A stretch of 64,000 nt of DNA. Source: an uncultured Gammaproteobacteria bacterium. Its GTDB lineage: Bacteria > Patescibacteriota > Microgenomatia > Levybacterales > UBA12049. The stretch spans positions 377,316 through 441,315 of the forward strand of contig OZ246394.1 in the NCBI GenBank assembly GCA_965230895.1, in the 5' to 3' direction. Shown one piece after another: positions 53,259 through 62,885 of the stretch (positions within the stretch are counted from its first letter, which is position 1; the number at the start of each line of letters is the position of its first letter). Below the pieces are notes generated by a model. It saw only the letters and a list, made by a program, of their open reading frames with translations, ran no database searches and was not told the origin of the DNA. The position numbers and the translations under genes were made by a program.

Positions 53259-55484
53259 TTATCTGTTCACCGTGAAATATCTTGCATTCACCTTTGCTGG
53301 TGAAGGCATCGGTTTTTCTGGTCGGTGCGCATTCAAATGCAATGTTTTTTCCCAACTGTCTTGACCCACAGCCAATCGATAAATCGCACGCATCGCGCTA
53401 AAGCCCAAAATAATCTGGAACGGATAGAATACATAGAGAACTTTTAAAGGAATCCAAAATGGATATTTCAGGTTATAACCCTTTGTAAATTCAAATAATC
53501 CGATATTGTATGCAACCAATTGCAGAATCAACAGAAGCAATGGCACAATCGTAATCATGGCAAAAAGTACTGGAAGATCCAGAACAAATGCCATAAATAT
53601 TGATACAGGCAACATCATGAAGAAGAATGCCTGCAACTGTGGAACGAGCAAAATATATGCAGCCAGGAATCGCTGTGATGCCTTTGGAAGATCAAGCCAT
53701 TCACCTTTCATAAAGATTTGGATAAACCCTTGATTCCATCGAGTTCGTTGCTTAATGAAACTTTCAAGACTATGTGGAGTTTCTTCCTGAGTGGTATGTC
53801 GTTCATCATACACAACACCAATTCTTGCTCCACGAATACTCATACGGATACCAATATCTGCATCTTCTGTAAGACAATTTTCATCCCATCCACCAATCTT
53901 ATTAAGCAGATTTCTCTTAAAGAAAACTGTATTTCCACCCAATGGGATAATTCCTTGTTTTGCGAAATAATGCAACGATGACTTAAACCAGAAGAAGTAT
54001 TCCAACACATTAAGCGCTGAGAACCATTTTGATCGGAAGTTCATCAATTGGACTCCTGACTGTAATACATCAAATCCTCGCAACACCATCTCTGTATTAA
54101 CCAGATTATAAATTCCTCGACTTGGTTGGTCTTCTGCGTCAAAGACTGTGACAATATCTTTTGTTGCATGTCTCAAACCGATATTCAAACTGTGTGGCTT
54201 GTTGATTGGCATATCACTAAAGATAAGTAATTTAACATTTGGTTTATTTAAACGGGCAATTGTTTGCTCTGCTTTTGCACGAGTCCTGTGATCATCAGAT
54301 CGAACAATAACGAGTAATTCTTTCAAATGCTCAGGATAATCAATCGCTGCAATTGCACGAATAGTATCACCAATAACACGCTCTTCATGTCGGACAGGAA
54401 GAAGCGCTGTGAAAGAATATTTGGGCTTAAGGTATTTCTCTGGCGGCTTTTCTTTTTGGATTCTATCGACATCTTCCCAACCATAAATCATGAGGTAAAG
54501 ACTAAAAATACTTTGCCAAATCATCAGGACAGACAGCGTGACAATCGCCATTGAAACCATAGTCTGTGTACTAATCATTCCTGCATCACGTGCTCCGAAT
54601 AATACAAGTGCGGCTAAATTCCCGAATGCAAATGCGGTAATTGCGATAAATCCAGCCACGAGAATCATACCGACATGCGCCAAAAACGGAAAACGAATAA
54701 GGAAAGAATTCGTCACAAATTCGATAATATCTTGTTTTCTGAGCTTAGAATTCCCGAAAACCCTATCGGTAAATTGTATAGGAACTTCCTTGATGCGCGC
54801 ATTACTTTTAATGGCTTTATGGAGCAAATCAATCTGGAATGCATAGCCTTTCGACATGAGCTTGTTAAGATTGATCCTCTTAAGAAGTGAGGTACGAATT
54901 GCTCTATAACCACTTGTACAATCTTTTACCTTGCCTAGGCCTGCTACATGACGCGCAAAGATGTTTCCCCATTGGCTATTAAGCTTACGAAGTAACGGCC
55001 AATTACCCGGGATTGAGCCTCCATCAACATACCGTGAACCTATGACGAAGTCACTTCCCTTTTGTATCTCATAAACAAAGAATGAAATCATGGCTGGATC
55101 ATGAGACAGATCAGCATCCATCTCGAACACTATGTCTGCATGAAGGTAGCGCATAGCATACCTAAAACCTCGTATATAAGCATTCCCGAGGCCTTGCTTT
55201 CTTCCTCTGAGTAGATAAATATTTGTATACTTTCTAGCCAGCTTTGTTACTATATTTGCTGTACCATCAGGTGACCCATCATCTACGACAAGGATTGAAA
55301 GTTTGGCATTGTGGAGATATCTGATTTGAGCTTGGATTTCGGTGATAAGCTGTTCAATATTATCCTTTTCGTTATATGTAGGTACGACAATAACCACGTG
55401 ATCTTTCTGCAGATCCGGGTTAATTGGCTGGGTTCTATAAAACCGCTGATATAAATTAGACTGTTTATTCCGTGCTCGAATCAT
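53259..55484 (-). CDS. Dual-GT2 fusion: N-terminal DPM1/ArnC-like polyprenyl-phosphate glycosyltransferase + TM segment + processive QxxRW GT2 synthase
   Basis: …VVIVVPTYNEKDNI…VVDDGSPDGT…EMDADLSHDP…; second domain …LLPVRHEE…VFDAEDQP…QRTRWNQGF…; TM blocks between and after. Confidence 0.8.
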   Translation of the reverse strand: MIRARNKQSNLYQRFYRTQPINPDLQKDHVVIVVPTYNEKDNIEQLITEIQAQIRYLHNAKLSILVVDDGSPDGTANIVTKLARKYTNIYLLRGRKQGLGNAYIRGFRYAMRYLHADIVFEMDADLSHDPAMISFFVYEIQKGSDFVIGSRYVDGGSIPGNWPLLRKLNSQWGNIFARHVAGLGKVKDCTSGYRAIRTSLLKRINLNKLMSKGYAFQIDLLHKAIKSNARIKEVPIQFTDRVFGNSKLRKQDIIEFVTNSFLIRFPFLAHVGMILVAGFIAITAFAFGNLAALVLFGARDAGMISTQTMVSMAIVTLSVLMIWQSIFSLYLMIYGWEDVDRIQKEKPPEKYLKPKYSFTALLPVRHEERVIGDTIRAIAAIDYPEHLKELLVIVRSDDHRTRAKAEQTIARLNKPNVKLLIFSDMPINKPHSLNIGLRHATKDIVTVFDAEDQPSRGIYNLVNTEMVLRGFDVLQSGVQLMNFRSKWFSALNVLEYFFWFKSSLHYFAKQGIIPLGGNTVFFKRNLLNKIGGWDENCLTEDADIGIRMSIRGARIGVVYDERHTTQEETPHSLESFIKQRTRWNQGFIQIFMKGEWLDLPKASQRFLAAYILLVPQLQAFFFMMLPVSIFMAFVLDLPVLFAMITIVPLLLLILQLVAYNIGLFEFTKGYNLKYPFWIPLKVLYVFYPFQIILGFSAMRAIYRLAVGQDSWEKTLHLNAHRPEKPMPSPAKVNARYFTVNR

Positions 55485-55797
55485 CGTACATTACGGGCAG
55501 TAAGTATGGGGCAGAATTGATGAGCTTAATTGTATAGTTTAATACTATAAGTCAACAAAGGTTGAGTATATTATAGATGTACGCATATGTCAAGCTAAGC
55601 TATCCTCAATGACAATCACTCTCTGTGAGAAAATGTAATTTATCTAATTGACACTCAAACGAATAATTGATATACATGAAGTCTGCCACGGTAATAAAAA
55701 CAACGCAAAAGGATTTACTGCCCCTTTTTACTATAAGTTTTAAAATAGGTTAAATCTACAGTACTATTTACTTTAGCTATATCTACTAAGTAGGTAC

Positions 55798-55826
55798 TTG
55801 ACATTTACTTAAATATCCTATAATAT
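55798..55826 (+). promoter_or_regulatory. Candidate sigma70 promoter TTGACA-N17-TAATAT for the giant GT gene in the 390-bp AT-rich divergent intergenic region
   Basis: TTGACA 55798-55803, TAATAT 55821-55826, ~50 nt upstream of ATG 55879. Confidence 0.4.
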
Positions 55827-55878
55827 ACTGATTAATTCAATATTATGGGATATATCCTGTACTAAAGAAGAACGAATT

Positions 55879-58800
55879 ATGCAAACGAATCAACAACTTA
55901 TAAGTGTCGTAGTACCAGTTTATAATGAAATTGGTATCATTATGCAATTCAATGAGCAATTGCTTTTGACGCTTAACAACTCCAATCAGCCTTACGAAGT
56001 TATCTACGTTGATGACAATTCTACAGATGGAACATTTGAATGGCTCCAAAGTATCGCAAACGATACTATTAAAGTAATCCGAAAAATAGGCACAAAAGGA
56101 AAAGCGTATTCTCTTATGCAAGGGTTTGAAGTTGCTCAAGGAGAAATTCTTGCAATGATTGATGGAGACTTGCAATACCCTCCAGCAAAGATTCCTGAGA
56201 TGACTCAAGCGTTACAAAATGCTGACATTGTAGTAGCAAATAGAAAAGACTATAAGGACTCAAAAATGAGAAAACTTTTAAGCCGAGGTTTTAGAAATGT
56301 TTTTGGAAAAATGCTCTTTGGTCTAAACACGGATATCCAATCAGGTCTTAAAGTCTTTAAAAAAGAAGTCTATGAGACAGTGAAGTTCCAACCAGTATCA
56401 CCTTGGACATTTGACTTAGAATTTCTGCATCGAGCAAAGCAAGCTGGTTATACATTAAAAAATACAGAGATTGTATTTGCGCCGCGACGAAATGGCCAAT
56501 CAAAGATGAATGTGGTCAAGCAGTCATATGAAATTGGAGCAAATGCGTTGAATATCAAAATGAAGCCAGTCACATACTTCCCAGTCGAACCGGAAAAAGG
56601 GACAATGCGTGGTGCTGGAGTGAAAGCAAAGAATAAAAAGTATGTGACACACACAACCCTTCCGTCTGCGCTTTCAGCGATTGAAACATTTACGTTCCCA
56701 CAAAAGGTATTCTTTATCGGAACGCCAATTCTTTTACTCTTAGCGTATATCTTAATTCCTTTACAAGCAGCGCGTGTAACTGTTGGTGTATTGAGTATTC
56801 TCTACTTCATTGATGCGATCTTCAATATCTATGTCGTTGGAAAAAGTTTGAGCAAGAAAAACGAAATTGATGTTTCAGAAGCAGAACTTGCAGAAATCAA
56901 TGAATCTGAATTACCAGTCTATACAATTCTTTGTCCTTTATATAGAGAAGCACACGTTGTACCACAGTTTTTGGAAGGTATTTCAAAGATTGATTGGCCA
57001 AAAGAAAAGCTTGATGTGATGTTTCTTCTTGAAGAAGACGATACAGAAACGATTGCGGAATTCGAAAAGATGAATTTACCATTCTATGCTCGAACTGTTA
57101 TCGTCCCTGATTCACAACCAAAGACAAAACCAAAAGCATGTAACTATGGTCTTTCATATGCAAAGGGTGAATACTTGGTTATTTTCGATGCGGAAGATGT
57201 ACCAGATCCATTACAGTTGAAGGTTGCATACCTTGGGTTTAAGAAAGCACCAAGCAATGTAAAATGTTTGCAAGCTAAGTTGAGTTATTACAACTCACGA
57301 TACAACTTGCTTACTCGATTCTTTACAGCTGAATATGCATTGTGGTTCGATGTTACATTGCCTGGTTTGCAATCTCTTAATTCTGCACTTCCACTCGGAG
57401 GTACAAGTAACCATTTCTTGACTGAAAACTTGCGAGAGCTTCAAGGTTGGGATCCATTTAACGTTACTGAAGATGCTGACTTGGGTGTCCGACTTTTTCA
57501 ACGAGGGTATCGTACAGCTATCATTAACAGTACAACATATGAAGAAGCTACGAGTGTCCGAAAAGTATGGTTGAAGCAACGATCACGATGGATCAAAGGA
57601 TATATGCAAACATACTTGGTTCACATGCGAAACCTTCCAGGATTCGTTAAGCAAGTAGGTTTGTGGCACAACTTCATCTTCCAACTTACAGTTGGTGGAA
57701 AGATCTTGTTCGTCCTTTTGAATCCGTTCATGTGGGTTATCACTGCACTTTATTTCTTAGCTAACCCTGTCTTTGGCCCAATCATGGAAGCGATCTATCG
57801 CCCACCTGTTTCATATATCGCGGTATTCTCATGGATCTTTGGTAACTTCATGTTCTTATATTGTTACATGATCGCGGTTGGTAAACGAAAAGACTGGGAT
57901 CTTGCAAAATATGTCCTTTTGATTCCTTTGTACTGGGTCATGATGAGTACAGCTGCCATGATCGCGCTTTACCAATTGATCTTAAAACCCCACTATTGGG
58001 AAAAGACGTTGCATGGATTCCATCTTGGTCGAAAAGATAGTAAAGCAACTGAATCAGCACCGATGCAGGCGCCAAGACCAGCAATTCAGCCAGCATATGT
58101 ACCGGTTGCTGAACCTACAGTAAAGCCTAGTGCGAAATCTGCGGCATCTTTCACAATGCCAAATATTTCATTACCAAGTATTACTTTGCCTAAATTTACA
58201 GGTTTCTATGCGAAATTCTTGCAAGTATTACCTATCCTCGTTCTCTTGAACCTTGATTTAGCTTTGGCTCATGCATTCTTGTCACCAGAAGAAGCACAAA
58301 CATATCTCGTGCTTTCACTTATTGGTAAAGCAGCTTTTGTCATAAGTCAATTCGGTTCAACATTCATTGCAGGAGTTCTTTCTCGAGGTAAATCTGCGAC
58401 AAACCATTTCTTTAATTTGATCTTCTTTACCTTCCTCTTTAACTGGATTGGTTATGTTGTCTTTGGACTTGAAGGCCAATACTTCATCCCGGCAATGTTT
58501 GGTAATAGCCTTGATGGAATCATTGCTTACATGCCATTCTATATGTTTGCATTGCTTTGTTTCGCAGTTGCAAACCGATTCAGTGCCTTCCATGCACAGA
58601 AAAAGAACTATGCTTTCATAGGTATTTCACTCGCAACAATCTTGGCATTCGTTCCATTCATCTTAGTAAACAATGAAACAATCTCTGATTACGTCCGAAC
58701 ATTTGCTTATCTTGGATCAATCAATTTGTTCTTCGTAGTTATCATGCATTTGAGTAATCCATACGTTCGAGTTATGGAAAACAACCTTGCAAGTTTCATC

Positions 58801-60015
58801 GCAGTCTTCGATAAATCAAAAACAAAAAAAGTCTGGAAAGACAATGGTATGAAGATCCTTATCTTCAATTGGAGAGATACAAAACATATTTATGCTGGCG
58901 GTGCTGAAGTATATATCAATGAACTTGCAAAACGATGGGTAAAAAACGGTAATAAAGTAACACTTTTTAGTGGAAATGATAATAGAAATCTTTTCTACGA
59001 GAACGTCAACGGTATTGAAGTCTACCGACGTGGTGGAACATACACAGTATATTTCTTTGCGGTAATGTATTACCTTCTTAAGTTCCGAGGTAAGTACGAC
59101 GTTATCATTGATTGCGAAAATGGTATTCCATTCTTTATGCCTCTCTTTGCAAAAGAACAGGTTATCTTGCTTGTCCATCACGTTCATCAAGAAATCTTCC
59201 GAAAGTTTCTTAAGTTCCCGATGAGTACTGTTGCAGAATTCCTTGAAGGCAAAGTAATGCCGTTTATTTATCAAAATAAAAACGTTGTTACAGTATCTGC
59301 ATCTTCACAAAGTGAAATCTTTAATCTTGGATTTACAAATTCAGGGAACATCGCAATTATTCCAAATGGTGTTGATGAAACACTCTATGTTGATTATCCA
59401 AAAACAGATCATCCTTCATATATTTATCTTGGCCGATTGAAGGAATATAAAAATATTGATGTAGCCATCAAAGCTTTTGCGAAAGTTTTGAAAATACATA
59501 AGAATGCGACATTATCAATTGTTGGAACTGGAGAAAGTTACTATGAATTGCGAGGATTAGTTGAGAGACTTGGTGTTTCAAATGCAGTTACATTCCATGG
59601 TCGTGTATCAGAGAAAGAAAAAGCACGACTCCTTTCCCAAAGCTGGGCAGCGATACAACCTTCACAAATGGAAGGTTGGGGTATCACAGTTATTGAAGCA
59701 AATGCTGCTGGGACACCAGTTATCGCATCTCGAGTAAATGGTTTGCAAGATTCAGTTATCGATAATCAAACAGGACTTCTCGTAGAAGCTGGTGACGTTG
59801 CATCATTTGCAATCGCGATGAGAAAGCTTGCTGATAATGACTTAGTTCGAGTATCACTTTCAAATGAAGCAAGAAAATGGGCTCAGAACTTCAATTGGGA
59901 TAAAAGTGCTGAAGATTTCTATACATTAATTGGTCGAAATTTTGCACAAGGAACTATCAGTCCAGCATATACAAATGTTGTATTGAATACTGCTGAGAAA
60001 GGATCTACAAACTAA
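55879..60015 (+). CDS. 1378-aa triple-glycosyltransferase fusion: DPM1-like GT2 + processive QxxRW GT2 + polytopic membrane region + C-terminal GT4 (group-1) glycosyltransferase
   Basis: …ISVVVPVYNE…VDDNSTDGT…IDGDLQYPP…; …LCPLYRE…IFDAEDVPDP…QRSRWIKGY…; ~10 TM helices; GT4 …KILIFNWRD…GGAEVY… and EX7E …EGWGITVIEANAAGTPVIA…. Confidence 0.85.
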   Translation: MQTNQQLISVVVPVYNEIGIIMQFNEQLLLTLNNSNQPYEVIYVDDNSTDGTFEWLQSIANDTIKVIRKIGTKGKAYSLMQGFEVAQGEILAMIDGDLQYPPAKIPEMTQALQNADIVVANRKDYKDSKMRKLLSRGFRNVFGKMLFGLNTDIQSGLKVFKKEVYETVKFQPVSPWTFDLEFLHRAKQAGYTLKNTEIVFAPRRNGQSKMNVVKQSYEIGANALNIKMKPVTYFPVEPEKGTMRGAGVKAKNKKYVTHTTLPSALSAIETFTFPQKVFFIGTPILLLLAYILIPLQAARVTVGVLSILYFIDAIFNIYVVGKSLSKKNEIDVSEAELAEINESELPVYTILCPLYREAHVVPQFLEGISKIDWPKEKLDVMFLLEEDDTETIAEFEKMNLPFYARTVIVPDSQPKTKPKACNYGLSYAKGEYLVIFDAEDVPDPLQLKVAYLGFKKAPSNVKCLQAKLSYYNSRYNLLTRFFTAEYALWFDVTLPGLQSLNSALPLGGTSNHFLTENLRELQGWDPFNVTEDADLGVRLFQRGYRTAIINSTTYEEATSVRKVWLKQRSRWIKGYMQTYLVHMRNLPGFVKQVGLWHNFIFQLTVGGKILFVLLNPFMWVITALYFLANPVFGPIMEAIYRPPVSYIAVFSWIFGNFMFLYCYMIAVGKRKDWDLAKYVLLIPLYWVMMSTAAMIALYQLILKPHYWEKTLHGFHLGRKDSKATESAPMQAPRPAIQPAYVPVAEPTVKPSAKSAASFTMPNISLPSITLPKFTGFYAKFLQVLPILVLLNLDLALAHAFLSPEEAQTYLVLSLIGKAAFVISQFGSTFIAGVLSRGKSATNHFFNLIFFTFLFNWIGYVVFGLEGQYFIPAMFGNSLDGIIAYMPFYMFALLCFAVANRFSAFHAQKKNYAFIGISLATILAFVPFILVNNETISDYVRTFAYLGSINLFFVVIMHLSNPYVRVMENNLASFIAVFDKSKTKKVWKDNGMKILIFNWRDTKHIYAGGAEVYINELAKRWVKNGNKVTLFSGNDNRNLFYENVNGIEVYRRGGTYTVYFFAVMYYLLKFRGKYDVIIDCENGIPFFMPLFAKEQVILLVHHVHQEIFRKFLKFPMSTVAEFLEGKVMPFIYQNKNVVTVSASSQSEIFNLGFTNSGNIAIIPNGVDETLYVDYPKTDHPSYIYLGRLKEYKNIDVAIKAFAKVLKIHKNATLSIVGTGESYYELRGLVERLGVSNAVTFHGRVSEKEKARLLSQSWAAIQPSQMEGWGITVIEANAAGTPVIASRVNGLQDSVIDNQTGLLVEAGDVASFAIAMRKLADNDLVRVSLSNEARKWAQNFNWDKSAEDFYTLIGRNFAQGTISPAYTNVVLNTAEKGSTN

Positions 60016-60914
60016 TGAAGCCAGTAACAGTATCAGTTGGAATTCCAGCATTTAATGAAGGCAAAAATATTCAACGCTTGCTTTTATCGGTTCTTGCACA
60101 AAAAGAAAATGGTATAGTTCTCAAAGAAGTATTCGTCATGTCAGACGGCAGTAGTGATGACACAGCAAAGAAAGTAAAAGCGCTGAAGGATAAACGAATC
60201 AAATTCTTTGACGATGGAAAGCGTTTGGGAAAATCCGCTCGGATGGATCAGCTCTTCCGAAAAGTTTCAGGCGATGTCCTCATGCTTATGGATGCAGATA
60301 TTGTGATTGATGATCGTTTACTATTTTCAAAAGTAGTTCGTCGAGGGAAGCTTGAGAAAGCAGGTATTGCTGGAGTAAATGTACAACCTTTGAAATCAGA
60401 AGTGTTCTTTGAAGAGATTATCAAAACTGGTGTACTCATCATGAAAGACATCGCAAAGAACTGGAATGCGGGAAGAAATTACTTATCATACAAAGGTGCA
60501 TTTTTAGCGCTTGATGGCAGTTTCGCACGATCAATTCATATCCCAGCAAGTATCGTAAACAATGACCCGTACCTTTATTTCGCAGCTGTTGAGAAAGGTT
60601 TTAAACCTTCATACATTACAAGTTGTGAAGTCTTTTATCGCTCCCCTATGACATTGCATGACCATATAAAACAATCTTCACGATTCCAAAGTTCACGTGA
60701 AGAGCTTTCAAAACATTTCAAGCTTGATTGGGACAAAGAATACACGATGCCAGTTGCAATCGTTATGAAAAGTATCTTAAAATCAATTGGTACCCGCCCT
60801 TTCCATTTTGCTCTTTATGGTGCCGTTAATGTCATTTCTAAGGTCAAAAGACAAACGAAACTTAAAAGTACGTGGAGCATTGCAAACTCTACAAAAGGGA
60901 AAATTAGTATATGA
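60015..60914 (+). CDS. Family-2 glycosyltransferase (start overlaps the upstream stop, TAATG)
   Basis: …VSVGIPAFNEGKNI…, …VMSDGSSDDT…, …MDADIV…. Confidence 0.7.
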   Translation: MKPVTVSVGIPAFNEGKNIQRLLLSVLAQKENGIVLKEVFVMSDGSSDDTAKKVKALKDKRIKFFDDGKRLGKSARMDQLFRKVSGDVLMLMDADIVIDDRLLFSKVVRRGKLEKAGIAGVNVQPLKSEVFFEEIIKTGVLIMKDIAKNWNAGRNYLSYKGAFLALDGSFARSIHIPASIVNNDPYLYFAAVEKGFKPSYITSCEVFYRSPMTLHDHIKQSSRFQSSREELSKHFKLDWDKEYTMPVAIVMKSILKSIGTRPFHFALYGAVNVISKVKRQTKLKSTWSIANSTKGKISI

Positions 60915-62002
60915 GCAGAGATAAATACGAAAGCCTTCCAATTCTCCACTTTGCAGAACAGATTAAAAAAAAGCATGTTAAAAAATCCCTCAAATGTATT
61001 ATTTTTGGTAACTTTGGTGCACTAAATTTAGGCGATGAAGCAATATTGGCAGGAGAAATCACGGAGTTACAAAAGATTCCTAATCTCAGTATTACTGTGA
61101 TTGGACGTTTCCCCAAAGAAGTTCATAAACTCCATAAGGTGCATGCTCTTTCAATGTACGATCTCTACAAAGTCCGTCGCGAAATTAGAAAGTCTGATTT
61201 CGTTATCGTCGGTGGAGGCGGATTAATCAATAAAGTTGAGCGTAGTATCAATGGCTTTCTTTTCCAACTCTATATGATTTTCACCTTTTTCTTTCTCCCA
61301 CGATTTTTCAAAAAGCGATTGTATGTGACTGGCATTGGAATCTACGATAATGCAAATCCTCTTATCGTGAATCTCGTGCTTCCATTCTTGAAAGGTGCAA
61401 CCCTTTTGACAGTTCGTGATGCTCATTCGCATGAATTCTTAAAACACAAAAATGTTCATGCAGGCTTGTACAAAGATAATAGTTTCCTCATGGAACAGTT
61501 AAACAAAGAAGATGTCCTCAAGCATGATCTTTTCAAAAAACATTATCGAAAAGATCGCATGAATATCGGAATCTCGCTTGTTAAACCTGATAGCAAAAAA
61601 GATGAAAAACGATTAATGGAAGAAGTGAAAAAGTTTATTGGCGAGTATCGAGAGAAAGCTGATTTTTGGCTTTATGCAACCGATGCCAACCCTTCATATG
61701 TAAATGATCTGATCATTGGCACAAATTTGATAAATGACGTCCAACGAGAATTTGGAAGTGGAGTTACGTTCCATACAGTCCCGACAAATCTCTCACCGAA
61801 AGTATATTTCTCGTCATTTAAGCTCATGAACTTTATGATCGCTATGCGATTTCATGCAGCTGTTTTTGCATACAGAAATAAAGTGGCTTTTGCAGGCATC
61901 CCATATGATAAGAAATGTACAAGCTTTATAACCTCAATTGGCAAGAAGCCAATCAACCTCAAAAGCCTCACTCATAGTGAGATTAGCAAAACCGTCTTAT
62001 AG
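60911..62002 (+). CDS. Polysaccharide pyruvyl transferase (CsaB/WcaK-like)
   Basis: …CIIFGNFGALNLGDEAILAGE… and …FVIVGGGGLIN… signatures of the PS_pyruv_trans family; 4-bp overlap with upstream gene. Confidence 0.7.
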   Translation: MSRDKYESLPILHFAEQIKKKHVKKSLKCIIFGNFGALNLGDEAILAGEITELQKIPNLSITVIGRFPKEVHKLHKVHALSMYDLYKVRREIRKSDFVIVGGGGLINKVERSINGFLFQLYMIFTFFFLPRFFKKRLYVTGIGIYDNANPLIVNLVLPFLKGATLLTVRDAHSHEFLKHKNVHAGLYKDNSFLMEQLNKEDVLKHDLFKKHYRKDRMNIGISLVKPDSKKDEKRLMEEVKKFIGEYREKADFWLYATDANPSYVNDLIIGTNLINDVQREFGSGVTFHTVPTNLSPKVYFSSFKLMNFMIAMRFHAAVFAYRNKVAFAGIPYDKKCTSFITSIGKKPINLKSLTHSEISKTVL

Positions 62003-62069
62003 TAGACTTTTGAGGCTAAATCCACTATAATGTCATCAATTCGTGTATTATTAATAAAGGAATATTTTT

Positions 62070-62885
62070 ATGAAGAAAACACTTTTTACAGCACTTACAA
62101 AAACCCGTCAAGCAGTTTATAAAACACTTGCCTCTTTTGATAAAAATGTTACCAAGCAAAGCAATCCAATCTTTGTCCTTTCCTACCACAGTATTGCAAA
62201 TGACAGTTGGCGCTTTAGTGTTTCAGAGAAAGCACTAAAAGAGCAAATCGAATATTTGCAAGAACATTTCACTATCGTCACACTCAAAGATTTACAAAAT
62301 CATATCTCTGGCAAAAAGATGATTACCAGACCATCAGTCGTTTTAACATTTGATGATGGATATAAAGATATTTTGCAATGGAAAGAGTATTTCGCAAAAC
62401 GAAATATCACTCCAGCATTGTTCATCCTTTCAAATACAAAAAATCCTAACTGGAAAGAGCTCGGAACAAAGAGAGAATTCCTTACTCCAAGTGATATAAA
62501 GTCACTTCTTAAATTAGACTGGGAAATTGGCAGTCACAGTGCTACACATGCTAACCTCGCAACACTAAACGATAAAGAATTACAAAAAGAAATTGTCGAT
62601 GCAAAAGCTGATTTAGAAAAATCCATTGGACAAAAGGTTAATTATTTTGCATATCCAAGAGGTAAATATGATGAAAATGTAGTACGCTATATAAAGGAAG
62701 CAAAGTACACGATGGCCCTAACCATGGACGATGGATTTATCCAGGAAGGCATGGACATGTTGAGAATACCAAGAGTTGGCATAGATAACACCCATACCTT
62801 TGAAGAATTTAAGGCAACGTTCTCGCCTTCAGTTGTACGCTTCCGAAAAATAATTAAAGAAAGTCCTGCCGGTAAATATCTATGA
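62070..62885 (+). CDS. Polysaccharide deacetylase (NodB-homology, CE4)
   Basis: …VVLTFDDGYKD…, …WEIGSHSATHANL…, …YFAYPRGKYD…. Confidence 0.8.
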   Translation: MKKTLFTALTKTRQAVYKTLASFDKNVTKQSNPIFVLSYHSIANDSWRFSVSEKALKEQIEYLQEHFTIVTLKDLQNHISGKKMITRPSVVLTFDDGYKDILQWKEYFAKRNITPALFILSNTKNPNWKELGTKREFLTPSDIKSLLKLDWEIGSHSATHANLATLNDKELQKEIVDAKADLEKSIGQKVNYFAYPRGKYDENVVRYIKEAKYTMALTMDDGFIQEGMDMLRIPRVGIDNTHTFEEFKATFSPSVVRFRKIIKESPAGKYL

